64,000 nucleotides of DNA from assembly GCF_006345805.1 (NCBI RefSeq), contig NC_043005.1:78492001-78556000 (forward strand). The letters run 5' to 3'. Positions within the stretch are counted from its first letter, which is position 1, and each line of letters starts with the position of its first letter. A program made the translations under genes and the position numbers. Below are positions 14,323 through 26,000 of this stretch, one piece after another. The stretch is from Octopus sinensis. Lineage: Eukaryota. The notes beneath the pieces are model-generated. The model was not told where the DNA came from. It did not search any database and saw only the letters and a program-made list of their open reading frames with translations.

Positions 14323-16501
14323 GTGAGGGTTTTTAATTTTCGTTTTTTTTTTAAAACTGTTTCTTTTCATTTAGTATTTTCTTTAAATAATTTCAGTTAC
14401 CAAACTGTGGCCATTCTGGGGCATAGCTTTGAAGGGTTTTAACCCTTTTGATATGAACCCTCCTCAGTCTGACTCCGGTTCAGCCATGCCAACTTCCTGT
14501 TATAACCCTGGCAAGACTTACCACCCCACCCGCATTTCCTTCATTTTAAAAACTTTTTTGCCTTTTTTTTTTCAAAATATGCGAAAAAATATGGAGATAA
14601 TGATTCTGAGAAAACTTTCCAAAAATCATTGTAAAATATTTTTTTAAGAATTCTTTTTTTTTCTAAATATGCGGAAAAATACGGACTTCATGATTCAGAC
14701 AAAAATTTCAAAACATTTCTGTACTTACGGTTCTGGTTTTAAGGTTAGGGTTTTAGGGTTAGTGTTGGGGAAAAAAGTCAAAATTGAAGACGTTTGGGGG
14801 GAAAGGGGGGAGGGGATTTCACAATGCCGAGTTTTGGCAATTTTCCAGAACCTCCGTATCCGAAAGCAGGGATTTTTGGCAAAAAATATTACAAAAATAA
14901 AGAAATTTGGGAGAAAATGTGAGGTGAGGGCACCTCACATAACTCTTTAGCATTTAAAAGACTTTATCCAGTCAAAATGTTTAACCAGTTTTCTGTTGAA
15001 ACTGTTCAGATCCGTTCTCTTGCACCAACCCTGCACTAAACAATGACATCATTGAAATCTCTAATCTAATTAAATTAGTGCATAATTAATTTAAAACAAT
15101 ATAAACAAATGAACTTTACATACTGTTCCTTAAAATTTCATGCTAATTTCATCATCATCATCATCATCATTTAACGTCCGCTTTCCATGCTAGCATGGGT
15201 TGGACGGTTCAACTGGGGTCTGGGGAGCCCGAAGGCTGCACCAGGCCAGTCAGATCTGGCAGTGTTTCTACAGCTGGATGCCCTTCCTAACGCCAACCAC
15301 TCCGAGAGTATGTTCTAATAATCAGTTTAATTACAATCATGTTATTTTACTAAATTCTTCAGTATTTTAAAAGCTAATGGAAACAAAGTCCATGTTTATG
15401 AAAATGGTAACGAACTGGTTAATGAATTTGGCTTTGCTCAAACACTATCCATTGTCCAGTGCTTCTTTTATCAACCATGGAAGTGGAAGTCAAAAATCAA
15501 TCTGTGATTGATCTGCAATCAGTATGTGGAAGGGATGTAACTAAGTACCGTAACGTGTTTTGTCAGATGCTTGGCTTATTGTGCATTCTATACTCTGAGA
15601 GATGAGTGTGTATATGTGTGTGCATGTATGTATGTATGCATGCGTGTGCGTTAGTTTATGTATATGTGTTTGTGTGTCATCATCATTTAATGTCCGTTTT
15701 CCATGCTGGCATGGGTCGGACGGTTTGACCAGGGCTGGCAAGCTGGAAGGCTGCACCAGACTCCAGTCTGATTTGGGCATGGTTTCTACTGCTGGATGCC
15801 CTTCCTAACACCGTGTGTGTGTGTGTACATATAGTGTGACCTAGTGCTGAGAGTGTTACACTCTCAATCGCAAGATGAGGGGTTCATTTCCAAAATGAGG
15901 CAGTGCTTTGGATTCTTGAGCAAAACACTTCATCAAACATTGCTTTGGTCCACTTAGCTGCAATGGACTAGCATCCCTTTCAGGGGGAGTCTTGTGTTCT
16001 TTGTCACTCATACATCATGGCAACTGGAAAGCTGGCTTTGCAAGTCCATTACAGTATGACCAGGGGTCGATAATTATGATGATGCATTTCAGCTGTGTAT
16101 ATTTAGGTAAAAAAGCAGTTTTTAGTGTGTTAAACCTTATAGGGGGTCTGACTTCTTGCATATAGGACCCAAGTGGGAATTTTATTATTTTTTTAGTGGT
16201 GGGGGGGTAATTTTTTTTTTTTTTTAGTTTCTTTTTTCGGTTAAAAGTGCATCTTATATGCTGTCAACTGCAGTATTTTTCTTCTCATTTTTCTTACGGT
16301 TCTGGAAATAAAACTAAGCCATAGGTGCAGTTGTGACCAAGTGGTCAGATGCTTGCTTCCCAGCCACATTGTTTTGGGTTCAGTCCCACTGTGTGACACC
16401 TTGAGCAAGTGTCTTCTACTGTATCCTTGGGCCAACTGTAGATATTATATATATCTTTATATATATAAAACTGAGAATGTGTGTGTGTCTGTCTGTGTGT
16501 T

Positions 16502-16796
16502 TCCCTAAAGCTTGAGAGCTACACAACCAATTTCATTCAAATTTTACACATGCCTTACTTAGGGTCCATGTAGTTTCATGGGCAAAAAAAAAAGTTCAAC
16601 TTCTTGCCTAGGGTGAGCCCATAGCAATATCATATCTTCTCCACTACGATTCCCTAAAACTTGAGAACTACACAACCAATTTCATTCAAATTTTACACAT
16701 CCCTTACTTAGGGTCCATGTAGTTTCATGGGCAAAAAAAAAAATGTTCAACTTCTTGCCTAGGGTGAGCCCATAGCAATATCATATCTTCTCCACT
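16502..16796 (+). repeat. Tandem duplication (two copies, about 149-bp period) in the Helitron 5' subterminal region
   Basis: TCCCTAAA.CTTGAGA.CTACACAACCAATTTCATTCAAATTTTACACA...CATATCTTCTCCACT occurs at 16502-16645 and 16651-16796. Confidence 0.9.
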
Positions 16797-17162
16797 ATTT
16801 CAGTATTACGTGTTAAAAGTGAAACAAAAACGTTTCTCCATTTTATGTCAGATACTTTCACTTTAACAATAAAAATAATAACAATTGAATTATATGTAGT
16901 AAGCAATAATTAAAATCAAACTAAAGTATAATATAATCGTAACATAACAAAAGTAAAAATAGCAAGCAATTGGTATAAAATTGCATCAGTGATTTGAACT
17001 TGAATAAGTGGTTTCACATGAATGGGAATAAATTAAAAATAAAATTAGCCTGCAGAAATGGAATAGTCCAGGTGGATAATAGAAAATTAAATTAAAGAAA
17101 AGACTATTGTCTATAAAGTATACAATGTAGAGAAAAAAGAAGATTTGAACACATCGAGGAAA

Positions 17163-19092
17163 TTTACCCACGTGTGTTGTGAGTTATTTTTTGCATGTGA
17201 AACTTTGGAAAAAAACTGTTAAAAAATTGTCAAAAATTGAATCGCGCGAGGCGTTTGCCGCTGCGTGTTTGAACCTTTTATAGAAGGTGTGTCGACCCTC
17301 AAGTCATGGAGACTTACGCGGGGGTCGCCACAACAAAAAGTGACGAGTCACTTAGAATAAAAGAAGTGTTCTTTAGAAAAGAACAATTGAAGGAATACGA
17401 GAAGTTCGTCAAAAGGGAGGGTGACAGCGTGAAGCTGGTCCCGCCTGTGGAAACAATAGAAGAAAAAAATAACAAGACGATAACGTATAGAACGCAAGAT
17501 AGAAACACGAGAAAACTGGTGAGAGTGACGATTGAAGAAATAGAGAAATGTCTGGGGGACATCATGAAAAAAGCGACTTTGGTAGACAGAGGAAAGAAAT
17601 ATGGTACGGTGGAGGTGAGATGCGCAACAAAAGGAGTGGCGGCGGCCTCATTGGCTTCCACTGTCCTGAAAGCGGAAATTTTCACCATGTGGCCGACGTA
17701 TAAAGGAAGACGGGGGGTACGGGTAAGAGTCCCAGTAAGGTGCCCCCAAATATTAAAACAGAGATGCTGGTAACAGCCATTATTGGGGCAGCAAAAGAGG
17801 AAGTAGAAATAGGGTCAATTAAGGAGACGAACGTTGTAAATTGGAAGGGATTCGGAGTAGAGTTGTGGCTAATGGCCACAATGGAAGACATCGAAAGATT
17901 TCCCTTCCAAATAGAAATAGAAAACGAGAAGACAATTAGTGTGTAATAGGTGAAGACAGGCGCCGATATTGCCCTCAAGGGGGGCTCAAAGAGGGGCAAA
18001 AAAAAAGAATGTCCGCTGTATGAATTCACAGCGGAGCGCAACAGAGACAAAAATGAGACACGAAACGTGAAGAGAAGGTGAAAAACAGCGAAACACGAAC
18101 AAAAGGAAAACGGAAAACAAGAAGGAATAAGGAGAAACAACAAGAGAAGGGAAGTAACAGCGCACTGAAGGAAAATGAAAACAAAGGGAGAAGATAGTAG
18201 AAAAGGAGCAAAATTCACAGGGTGCAGAAGTAGTGGAGAAGGAGCCAAGGCAGAAGCAAGAGAAAGAAAAGGAAAGTACATTAAAGGAAAGAGAAAAGCA
18301 GGAAAAGAACAAGAGAAGGAACAGAACCAAGAGAAAGGAAAAGATGGTATGCAAAAAGGAAAAAAACAACAGGAAAGGAACTTAAGGCACAGGGTAGAGA
18401 GACGGCAGACAAAGAGCCAAAAAACAAGAGAAGAAAAAGAAAGAGAGAAAGCAAAAAGAGAGAAGAGAGAAACCGAGGGAGGAGAAAAAAGAGGAAGTAA
18501 GTCCTAAGAGAAAAACTAGAGAAAACGTAGGTACGAATAGAAAATTCAAATACTATGGAACGTTGATCCATCACAAGCATTGTGAGGAGATGGAAGATTT
18601 AATAAGCGTAACAAACGGATATACGTGGGTCAGGATGGGCACCGAATGGAAAGAAACAGGTGCACTCGTCCACGAGAACGACGCCGAGGCGTTCATCGAG
18701 GCAGCTGGCAAGAACGTGTTAAAACATATGAAATGCCGACTTACAAGGTGCCTCGAACGTTGGAAGTTTACCCAAATTTGGTAGACATAATGGAGTATAT
18801 ATAAAAGAAAAGGTATTGTGAAAACTTTATTTGGAAATGATAAAAAGAACTTTAAATTCGGAAAAAAAAAAAGAAATGTTGAACTTTGTAAAACTTTTGA
18901 ATGTATGTTGAAAATGTATAAAATGTTTTATTTGGAAAATATTATTGACGAATAAAAAACAAATGACGAAATGTAACCGCTCGATTTCGGGGATCGAGTG
19001 GGCATTACACCACATTGTACAAACTTCATAATTCATTATTCATTCCCGATTGTATTGTCCCATCTATGTAGCCCCTAGTGGGTAATAATAAA
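17163..19092 (+). mobile_element. ORF1-only (half-LINE-like) non-LTR retroelement, probably Tx1/L1-related
   Basis: Flanked by a 12-bp direct repeat ACAT(C/G)GAGGAAA (17151-17162 and 19093-19104). Has a 5' UTR, a frameshifted ORF1-like coding region from 17306, a K/E-rich linker, and a 3' tail ...TGTAGCCCCTAGTGGGTAATAATAAA. I see no endonuclease or RT motifs. Confidence 0.7.
17306..18784 (+). pseudogene. Disrupted ORF1 (gag-like RNA-binding protein) of the half-LINE
   Basis: METYAGVA... (TYA.V start typical of ORF1p) in 17306-17773 continues after a frameshift (PPNIKTEMLVTAII...TISV) and a second shift (VIGEDRRRYCP, possibly an eroded zinc-knuckle region). K/E-rich and C-terminal segments follow (18175-18507, 18563-18784). 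Confidence 0.6.
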
Positions 19093-19589
19093 ACATGGAG
19101 GAAAGCACCTTCGAAAAGTGTCTTGGTGCGACCATGTAAGATATCTAACTAGAGGCTTACAAATTCGCCACAATAGAAGCAAGGTTCGAGTCAACGGAGC
19201 ATGCAAGGGAGTACTCGACTCGAACTTGCAAAGTGAAAATATTTTATTTTTACCTTTATATCTGGGACGTAGGACGTCCCGGAAAAACATTTTTAATGCC
19301 CCCCTCCCCCCCACCCCCGAAGTAGAGGTAGGGTGGATTGTAGCTACACTTCTATACAAGAGAGAGGACAAGATACAATTGATCGAAATTACAAGAGACA
19401 GGCTAACAATTCCAGTCTATTATATATTTTGAGTATTGTTAGCACTAGCGATATCAAGATATAACTTTGTATTTTGTATTTTATGTCTAGATGTATATAT
19501 ATAGATGTACATGTAATATGTACACATATATATACACATATATACATGCACTAGCACTATGACCCGGCAACGACGGGTCTTTAATGCTA

Positions 19590-19626
<37 letters not shown>

Positions 19627-20794
19627 CACACAAACACACACATATATATATGCACATATGTGTGTGCACCTTTGTTTTCTGTGTTTGTCCCCCCTCCACT
19701 GCTTGACAACTAGTGTCGGTGTGTTTTAGTCCCCTGTAACTTAGCAGTTCAGCAAAAGGGATTGATATAAGTACCAGGCTTTGAAGAAAGAAAAAATAAG
19801 TATTAGGAGTCAATTCATTCAACTAAAAATATTCTTCAAGGTGGTGCCCTAGCATGGCTGCAGTCTAAATGGCTGAAACAAATAAAAGATAGAAATTACA
19901 AAAAAAAGACAAAAGATGAGCTTCCTCTTTAACCCTAGGCTCCTGCTCTGATTCTGCAATACATCAACACTGAAAGCGTTTAATGTTTGGTGGAGGTGGT
20001 CTGCAAACAAGTTGGTATTTATGACAGCAGCAATGGCACTGGGGTGGTTGGAAAGGAGAGAAACATAAAGCAAAGAAGCGGCGGGAAGGCAAAGAAAAAA
20101 TACCGTAAAACATGTTATTTACAGCATAATCTCTAATTAACCTAAAGGCTGGAGATTAGTAATTGCCAATTGAGAATAAATAGTTTATCTTTAAATGATT
20201 CTCGAGGCTGGATAATAGCTGCAAAAGATTATTGGGAAAATGTTTAGTTTTCGTGCTCACGGCGGCGATAGCTGTTCGGTATCGAAATTGCAAAAGAACC
20301 TGGCCGGTTGTTGCCGGTTCCGTGGCTGAAATGGAGTGGAAATTAAATAGCTTGTGTGTCGAGATATTGTTAGCCATTGAACCTTGCAAACAAATTTGCC
20401 CGGTGCCGGGTGGGGGTGGGGTGGGGTGAGGTTTGGGGGGCTGGAGGGGATGGGTGGTAGGGGAGAGCAGAGGTGTTGTCGAGGGAGAGGAAGGTGGAAT
20501 AGAGGAGCTAATGTAAGCAAAGAGGAAGAAAAAGAAAACTTTGCGATCACCTCCCCCCACTCCCGTTGCAGCTCCCACTCTCTTCCTTTTCCTTTCACAC
20601 CATCACTGTCACTGTCACCACCACCACCACCACCACCTAAGGGTGGGAAGTGCGTATCAACGACCAGGAATTATAAAGGAGATTGAAATCGACAAGGTAG
20701 TAGCCTCTTCTAGTTTCTGCTCCTGTTGTCCTGTAATTGATTTGAGATTGCGGGGGACAGACAAAGGCTAAAAGAAGATTAATTGAGTAGCATA

Positions 20795-20826
<32 letters not shown>

Positions 20827-20983
20827 CACACACACGGACATACAGGTTGATGAGTGCTTTTAAAAGGTTTCTCTCGACAACAAGCGAGAAGTGGTTTTGA
20901 ACGGAGAGAAAAAATCCATATGTTACTACTTTTCGATTCCATTTCTCATCTCTTTTCCCTCGTCCACGCCCTCCTCCCCCCTG

Positions 20984-21015
<32 letters not shown>

Positions 21016-21831
21016 CCCGTCTCTCCCCCCCCCTGTTCTTTTCTTTATTTTTAAAAAGATGCCAACTGAATAGAAATTTTTCTTCTCTCTGTTTGGTTAT
21101 GACTCTAAGACCTTAACAATATCAAGACTTAGCGCAGCTTAAAAGTGTTTACACATGCGTCCCTTCCACCTCGCTCTTTCAACTCACCTATACCTTCACT
21201 CTCTCTCTTTCTCTCTCTCTCACTCACCCCCCCCCCCACTTTTTTTTTTATTTGATGCAAGGTTTCAAGTCAGGAGGACAAAAACAGACAAGCATGTATG
21301 CTAACATGGTTGTCAACACCTTTGTAGGGTGACATTTTTCTGAATTCAATCTCCAGCAACTGGCCAAATAGAATGCCTTAATCTATAACACTTTCTCACA
21401 TATACTACTACTACTACTACTACTTCTTGTTATAATTATTATTATTATTGTTATTATTATTATTATTGTCTTGCTTTAGTAAAACCTAATAGTTCTATCA
21501 CAAAGTAATCGTATCTTTTAAAGACTTAGGTGGCAGTAGTTAAAAAATGTTATTTCTTTTATTATTTTTTTAATATTTTTTATCTTTTGTCATCACTTGA
21601 GTGTGTTGGCAAAAATTCTTCTGAATTTTTTGTGTAATTTTTTTGTGTAATTGTGATGATGATGATGATGGTGTTGATGATGGTCATGTTGATGATGATG
21701 AGGAGGAGGAGGAGGAAGATAGTGGTGGTGGTGATGATGATGTGAATTAATCTTTCAAAGATAGCTACACAACAAATCCTGATGTTTTCCTAAGAGTGAC
21801 CATATGCGGATGTTAGAGAGAGAGGTGGGGA

Positions 21832-21884
<53 letters not shown>

Positions 21885-22997
21885 TGGAGAGAGCAACAGA
21901 GAGAGATGGGGAGGGCAAAAGAGAGGAGGAATGAGGGATAAAGTGATGGAGAGGAGAAAGTAACAGGCAGAGAGAGAGAGGGAGTTATAGAAAGGAAGAG
22001 GGAGAAAGTGTAGGAGGAGGAGAGAGAGACAAAGTGGAGAGAGCGACAGACAGTCAGAGGAGGAGAGAGAGGCATGAAATGATAGAGACAGAGCGAAGAG
22101 AAAGGGACAGACACAAAGAGGAAGAAGCAACAGAGAGAGAGAGGGAAGGGGGAGTAACAGAGAGAGAACGAGAGTGAGAGTCAGGCAGACAAAGAGGAGC
22201 TAAGAGAGAGAGAGAGACAAAGGTGGAAAGAGGGGGAGAGAAACAAGCAGATAGAGGAGGAGAGAGAGGCATGAAATAATAGAAAGATAGACAGACACAA
22301 AGAGAAAGAAGCAACTGAGAGAGGGAGGGAGTGACAGACAGAGAGTCAGACAGGTAGAAAAGGGGAGAGAGAGAGAGTCAGACAGACAAAGAGAGATAGT
22401 GATTGATGAAAAACATTTGTTCAAACAACTTTACCTGTAATTTGGTTTTTTTTTCCTAAGACTTTTTTTTATTATTGTTTTATACACTTTTTCAGTTCAT
22501 TGACCAATGAATCTTTTCCAAAAAATAAAATAAAATAAACCAGTCTTTTATATAAAAATTGTTAAATTCTCTCTCCTAACAATATGTCTAGAATAACTGT
22601 CTCCAACACTATACAATCTTTACTGTAGAATTATTGCAAGAATTGCATACAGCACCTTGCATTTCTATTCTACAAACAGCAAGATCTAAATAAAACATGG
22701 TGTAACAAAATGGTCATCTCCTGAGGTCTCGTTTCAATTCCTTTCCAAGTGCTACGTATTTCATACCATTTACTGCACTAACGACCTTGAGAAAGGCATA
22801 AACATCACTCATTCTCATTGGTTGTCTTTTATCAATTCAAAGTCAGGTGCCTGTTCGAGAGGTTAAGTTTTCATTGCCATCTTTTTACCTCTGCAATTAA
22901 TATTGTCTTTTTTTTTTTTTTTGGTGGGATGTCATTGCTTAGAGTCAGATTTCAACTCACTTTGAGCTATGGTCATGAGCATTCAACTCGTGAACAT

Positions 22998-23037
<40 letters not shown>

Positions 23038-23125
23038 GATATATACATATAAATATAGATAGATAGATAGATAAATACATAGATAAAATAGGCATAAATC
23101 ATGAGCTTTATGCATTTAATAGTGC

Positions 23126-23719
23126 ATTATAGACTTACACCTGTTTCATATACATTTTGGGTACATTCATGATTTAATTTAATTAGTTTTAATTTAATTA
23201 GTTTTAATTTAATTTAATTAGTGTGTATGTATCATCATCATCATCATCATTAACGTCTACCTCCATTTGGCTGGAACGGTCTGTGTGTGTGTGTATATAT
23301 GTATATATATCTTGTTGTGTCTGGGGAAGGTCATTCTTTTTTAGTGCCTTATTATTTAACACACTCACTGGTTCAGTTTCCACTCATTCATTTATTTTTC
23401 ATAAAATTTTCATTGCATCTTGCAAACTTTTCAATAGTCATTGACTCTGTCCGTTATCCGAGCTGCGTTCTTTTTGTTTTCAAAAAGAACTGAACCAGTG
23501 AGCGTGTTAAATAATAAGGCACTAAAAGAGAATGACCTTCCCCAGACACAACAAAATATACATATATATATATATACACACACACACATACACATATAGA
23601 CAATCCCAGCCAATGGAAGGTAGACGTTAATTGATGATGATGATACAAATACACAATTGATTAAATTAAATTGTGAACATACCCAAAATGTATATATGAA
23701 ACAGCTGTAAGTCTATAAT
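23126..23719. repeat. Long inverted repeat (arms 23126-23378 and 23488-23719, 109-nt spacer)
   Basis: Outer ends ATTATAGACTTACA / TGTAAGTCTATAAT and inner ends ATTATTTAACACACTCACTGGTTCAGTT / AACTGAACCAGTGAGCGTGTTAAATAAT are reverse complements. Internal blocks also pair. Confidence 0.9.
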
Positions 23720-23734
23720 TTATCTATATATATC

Positions 23735-23990
23735 ACGTGATCATGTGACCGACCAGGCTATCAGATGTTACATATCGCTGATCACAATGCGCTTCGCATT
23801 GTCTTAGCCTTCAAATGATGCCACCCTGCTAGCTAAGTGAGCTGGCCAACAGAAGAAAGAGTGAGAAAAAGTTTGGGCGAAAGAGTACAGCAGGGATCGC
23901 CACCACTCTCAATGCCCGGTCTGGGAATCGAAACCGCGATCCTACAACCATGAGTCCGCTGCCCTAACCACTGTGCCCGGTGGAGGTGCA
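23735..23990 (-). mobile_element. SINE family C
   Basis: Reverse complement of 32712-32995 with an internal deletion. Confidence 0.8.
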
Positions 23991-24204
23991 AATATATATA
24001 TATATATATGTATATGATGTTCATGAGTTGAATGCTCTTGACCATAGCTCAAGCAATGACCCCCCCCCCTCTCCAACAACAACAACATGAACAATGCAGA
24101 ATAAAAAAATGGCAATGACTCTATCCAGACATGACAAAATATCCTTCAACACTCGAACTCACATAAAGAATCTTGCAAACCAAATCCAAAAACGGAATAT
24201 ATAT

Positions 24205-24585
24205 ATATCTTGTTTCAGTCATTAGCTAGTGGTCATGCTGGGGCACTGCCCTGAGGAATTTTAGTCAAACTCACCGACCCCTGTTCTTGTTTTCTTTTTT
24301 AACCTGGTACCTGTTATATTGATCCGTTTGCTGAACCACTAAGTTATGGAGACATAAACATGCCAACACCGGTTCTCAAGCAGTGGTGGGATACCAACAC
24401 TGACATGAAGGCGCACACATACACACATGACAGGATTCTTTCAGTTTCCATCTACTAAATCCGCTCACAATGCTTTGGTTGACTCGACGCTATAGTAGAA
24501 GACACTTGCCCTAGGCGCCAGACAGTGGGACTGAACCCAGAACCATGTGGTTGGGAAGCAAACCTCTTACTCCAAAGCCACCCTG
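24205..24585 (-). mobile_element. SINE family A
   Basis: Both monomers present, reverse complement of 10881-11270. Confidence 0.85.
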
Positions 24586-25446
24586 ACACACACACACACA
24601 CACATATTAATTAAAACTTGCTAATTAATAAAGAACAAGATATTCTCATGTAAGAACTCAATACTGGGTACAAGATCAAATTTATTATAAAAACAGTCAT
24701 TTCAAATTTTGTCCGTCTTAAGGCTTAGCCAAACATTTGCATTGTTTATTCAAGTGTGTCATGTTTACTCTTATATTCTTCAACTCAAACACATTTTCAT
24801 AAACACACTCATACATACACAGATGTATATATACACATGTATATGTGTGTGTGTGTATGTGTGAGTATATATACACACACACTCACACACAGATCTATCT
24901 GTCTATCTCTCGCTCTCTTTGTCTCTCATATACATACACACATACGTGTGTACATAACTGAATTCTCTCTGCGTTTTTATATATCTATATATTATTCGTA
25001 CACACACCACACACACACAAACATTTGTACGCATGTATAAGTACATGTGCACATTATTCTATAATGTCGGTTAGGAGGGTGGGTGTTGTAATGATAGCTG
25101 AGAAGGCACAGCACATCGTCCATTATTAAAACGCATGGCACAATGGTCACAGATTTAGAGAAGCGATTGAAATTGCATAATTTATTAATTTATTCATTTC
25201 TATGAACGGCAGCAGTGGTGGGGGTGCGGGTGGGTGCAGGAGTTGAAAGGAGCACAAGCTTCGCACAGCTTATGAATAATGCTAAAGGGAAGCTTTTTAT
25301 TGGAAATTAGTTGACCCTGGAGTAGCAGCTGTGAAATATGAGTCACTGGGGTTATGCTAATTCATAAACAAAAAAATATTAAAGATGTAGAGGCATAGCA
25401 CTAATAATAATAATAATAACAATAATGATAATAATAATAATAATAA

Positions 25447-26000
25447 AATGTCCTGACGCAGTACCAGACAGTGGCTCTCATGGCTTCTGATCTTAACTGA
25501 TTGGAAGTATTATCATGTACATTGTTTTGTCTTGGTATAAAAGATGGGCTACAGCAAATATTCTGCTCAATACCACAGATTTGCTTGTCAGTTGTTTGAC
25601 CTTAACCAGTTGAGCATGTCCCTTAGTGGCTGACGATATGTGCATCTCTGATCACGAGCATAAGTAGTGGGGGAGCATCATAACCATATGTTGAAAGGAA
25701 TTCTTAGAGGTTTGGATAATTCACCTTTGGAAACATGGGTGGTTTGTTCAACATCCTTAAACAATTCTTATTCAGGGACCTTTTGAGAGGGATGGGCTAC
25801 TTGACCAGAAGAAAATTCTAACTGGACCCCACCTGCAAGGTCATGTGCTGTTTATCTTGATATGAGATCACCATGTCATGCACATATGGTTGTGATGCAT
25901 GTACCTGGTGTACCCTTATGAGATGGGTAGTCATGATTGGTATACTGGGCTTCGTATATTTTACCCCAGTGTCACTTTGATGGCATGTACGGCTTTCTCA
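25447..26000. mobile_element. Interspersed repeat inserted in an (AAT)n microsatellite
   Basis: A non-coding block of about 550 bp bounded on both sides by same-orientation AAT arrays (about 25403-25446 and 26000-26030). I recognise it as a common octopus repeat from memory only; there is a single copy here. Confidence 0.45.

Larger units (their letters stand above)
16454..19590 (+). mobile_element. Non-autonomous Helitron interrupted by a LINE-derived insertion
   Basis: 5' A|TC TTTATATATATAAAACTGAGAATGTGTGTGTGTCTGTCTG start. 3' hairpin GACCCG-gcaacga-CGGGTC (19561-19579) lies 7 nt before CTAG|T (19587-19590). A-T target with no TSD, matching canonical Helitron termini. Confidence 0.75.

Noticed and set aside
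14720-14765. TTAGGG telomere-like repeats
   Set aside because: Only two or three imperfect units inside a probable repeat element, not an interstitial telomere array.
15150-15310. Apparent MITE terminal inverted repeat CATCAT-TTAACGTCCGCTTTCCATGCTAGCATGGGTTGGACGG
   Set aside because: It occurs singly in either orientation and is attached to an RTE-like ORF end at 906-1370, so it is a retroelement 3' tail rather than a DNA-transposon TIR.
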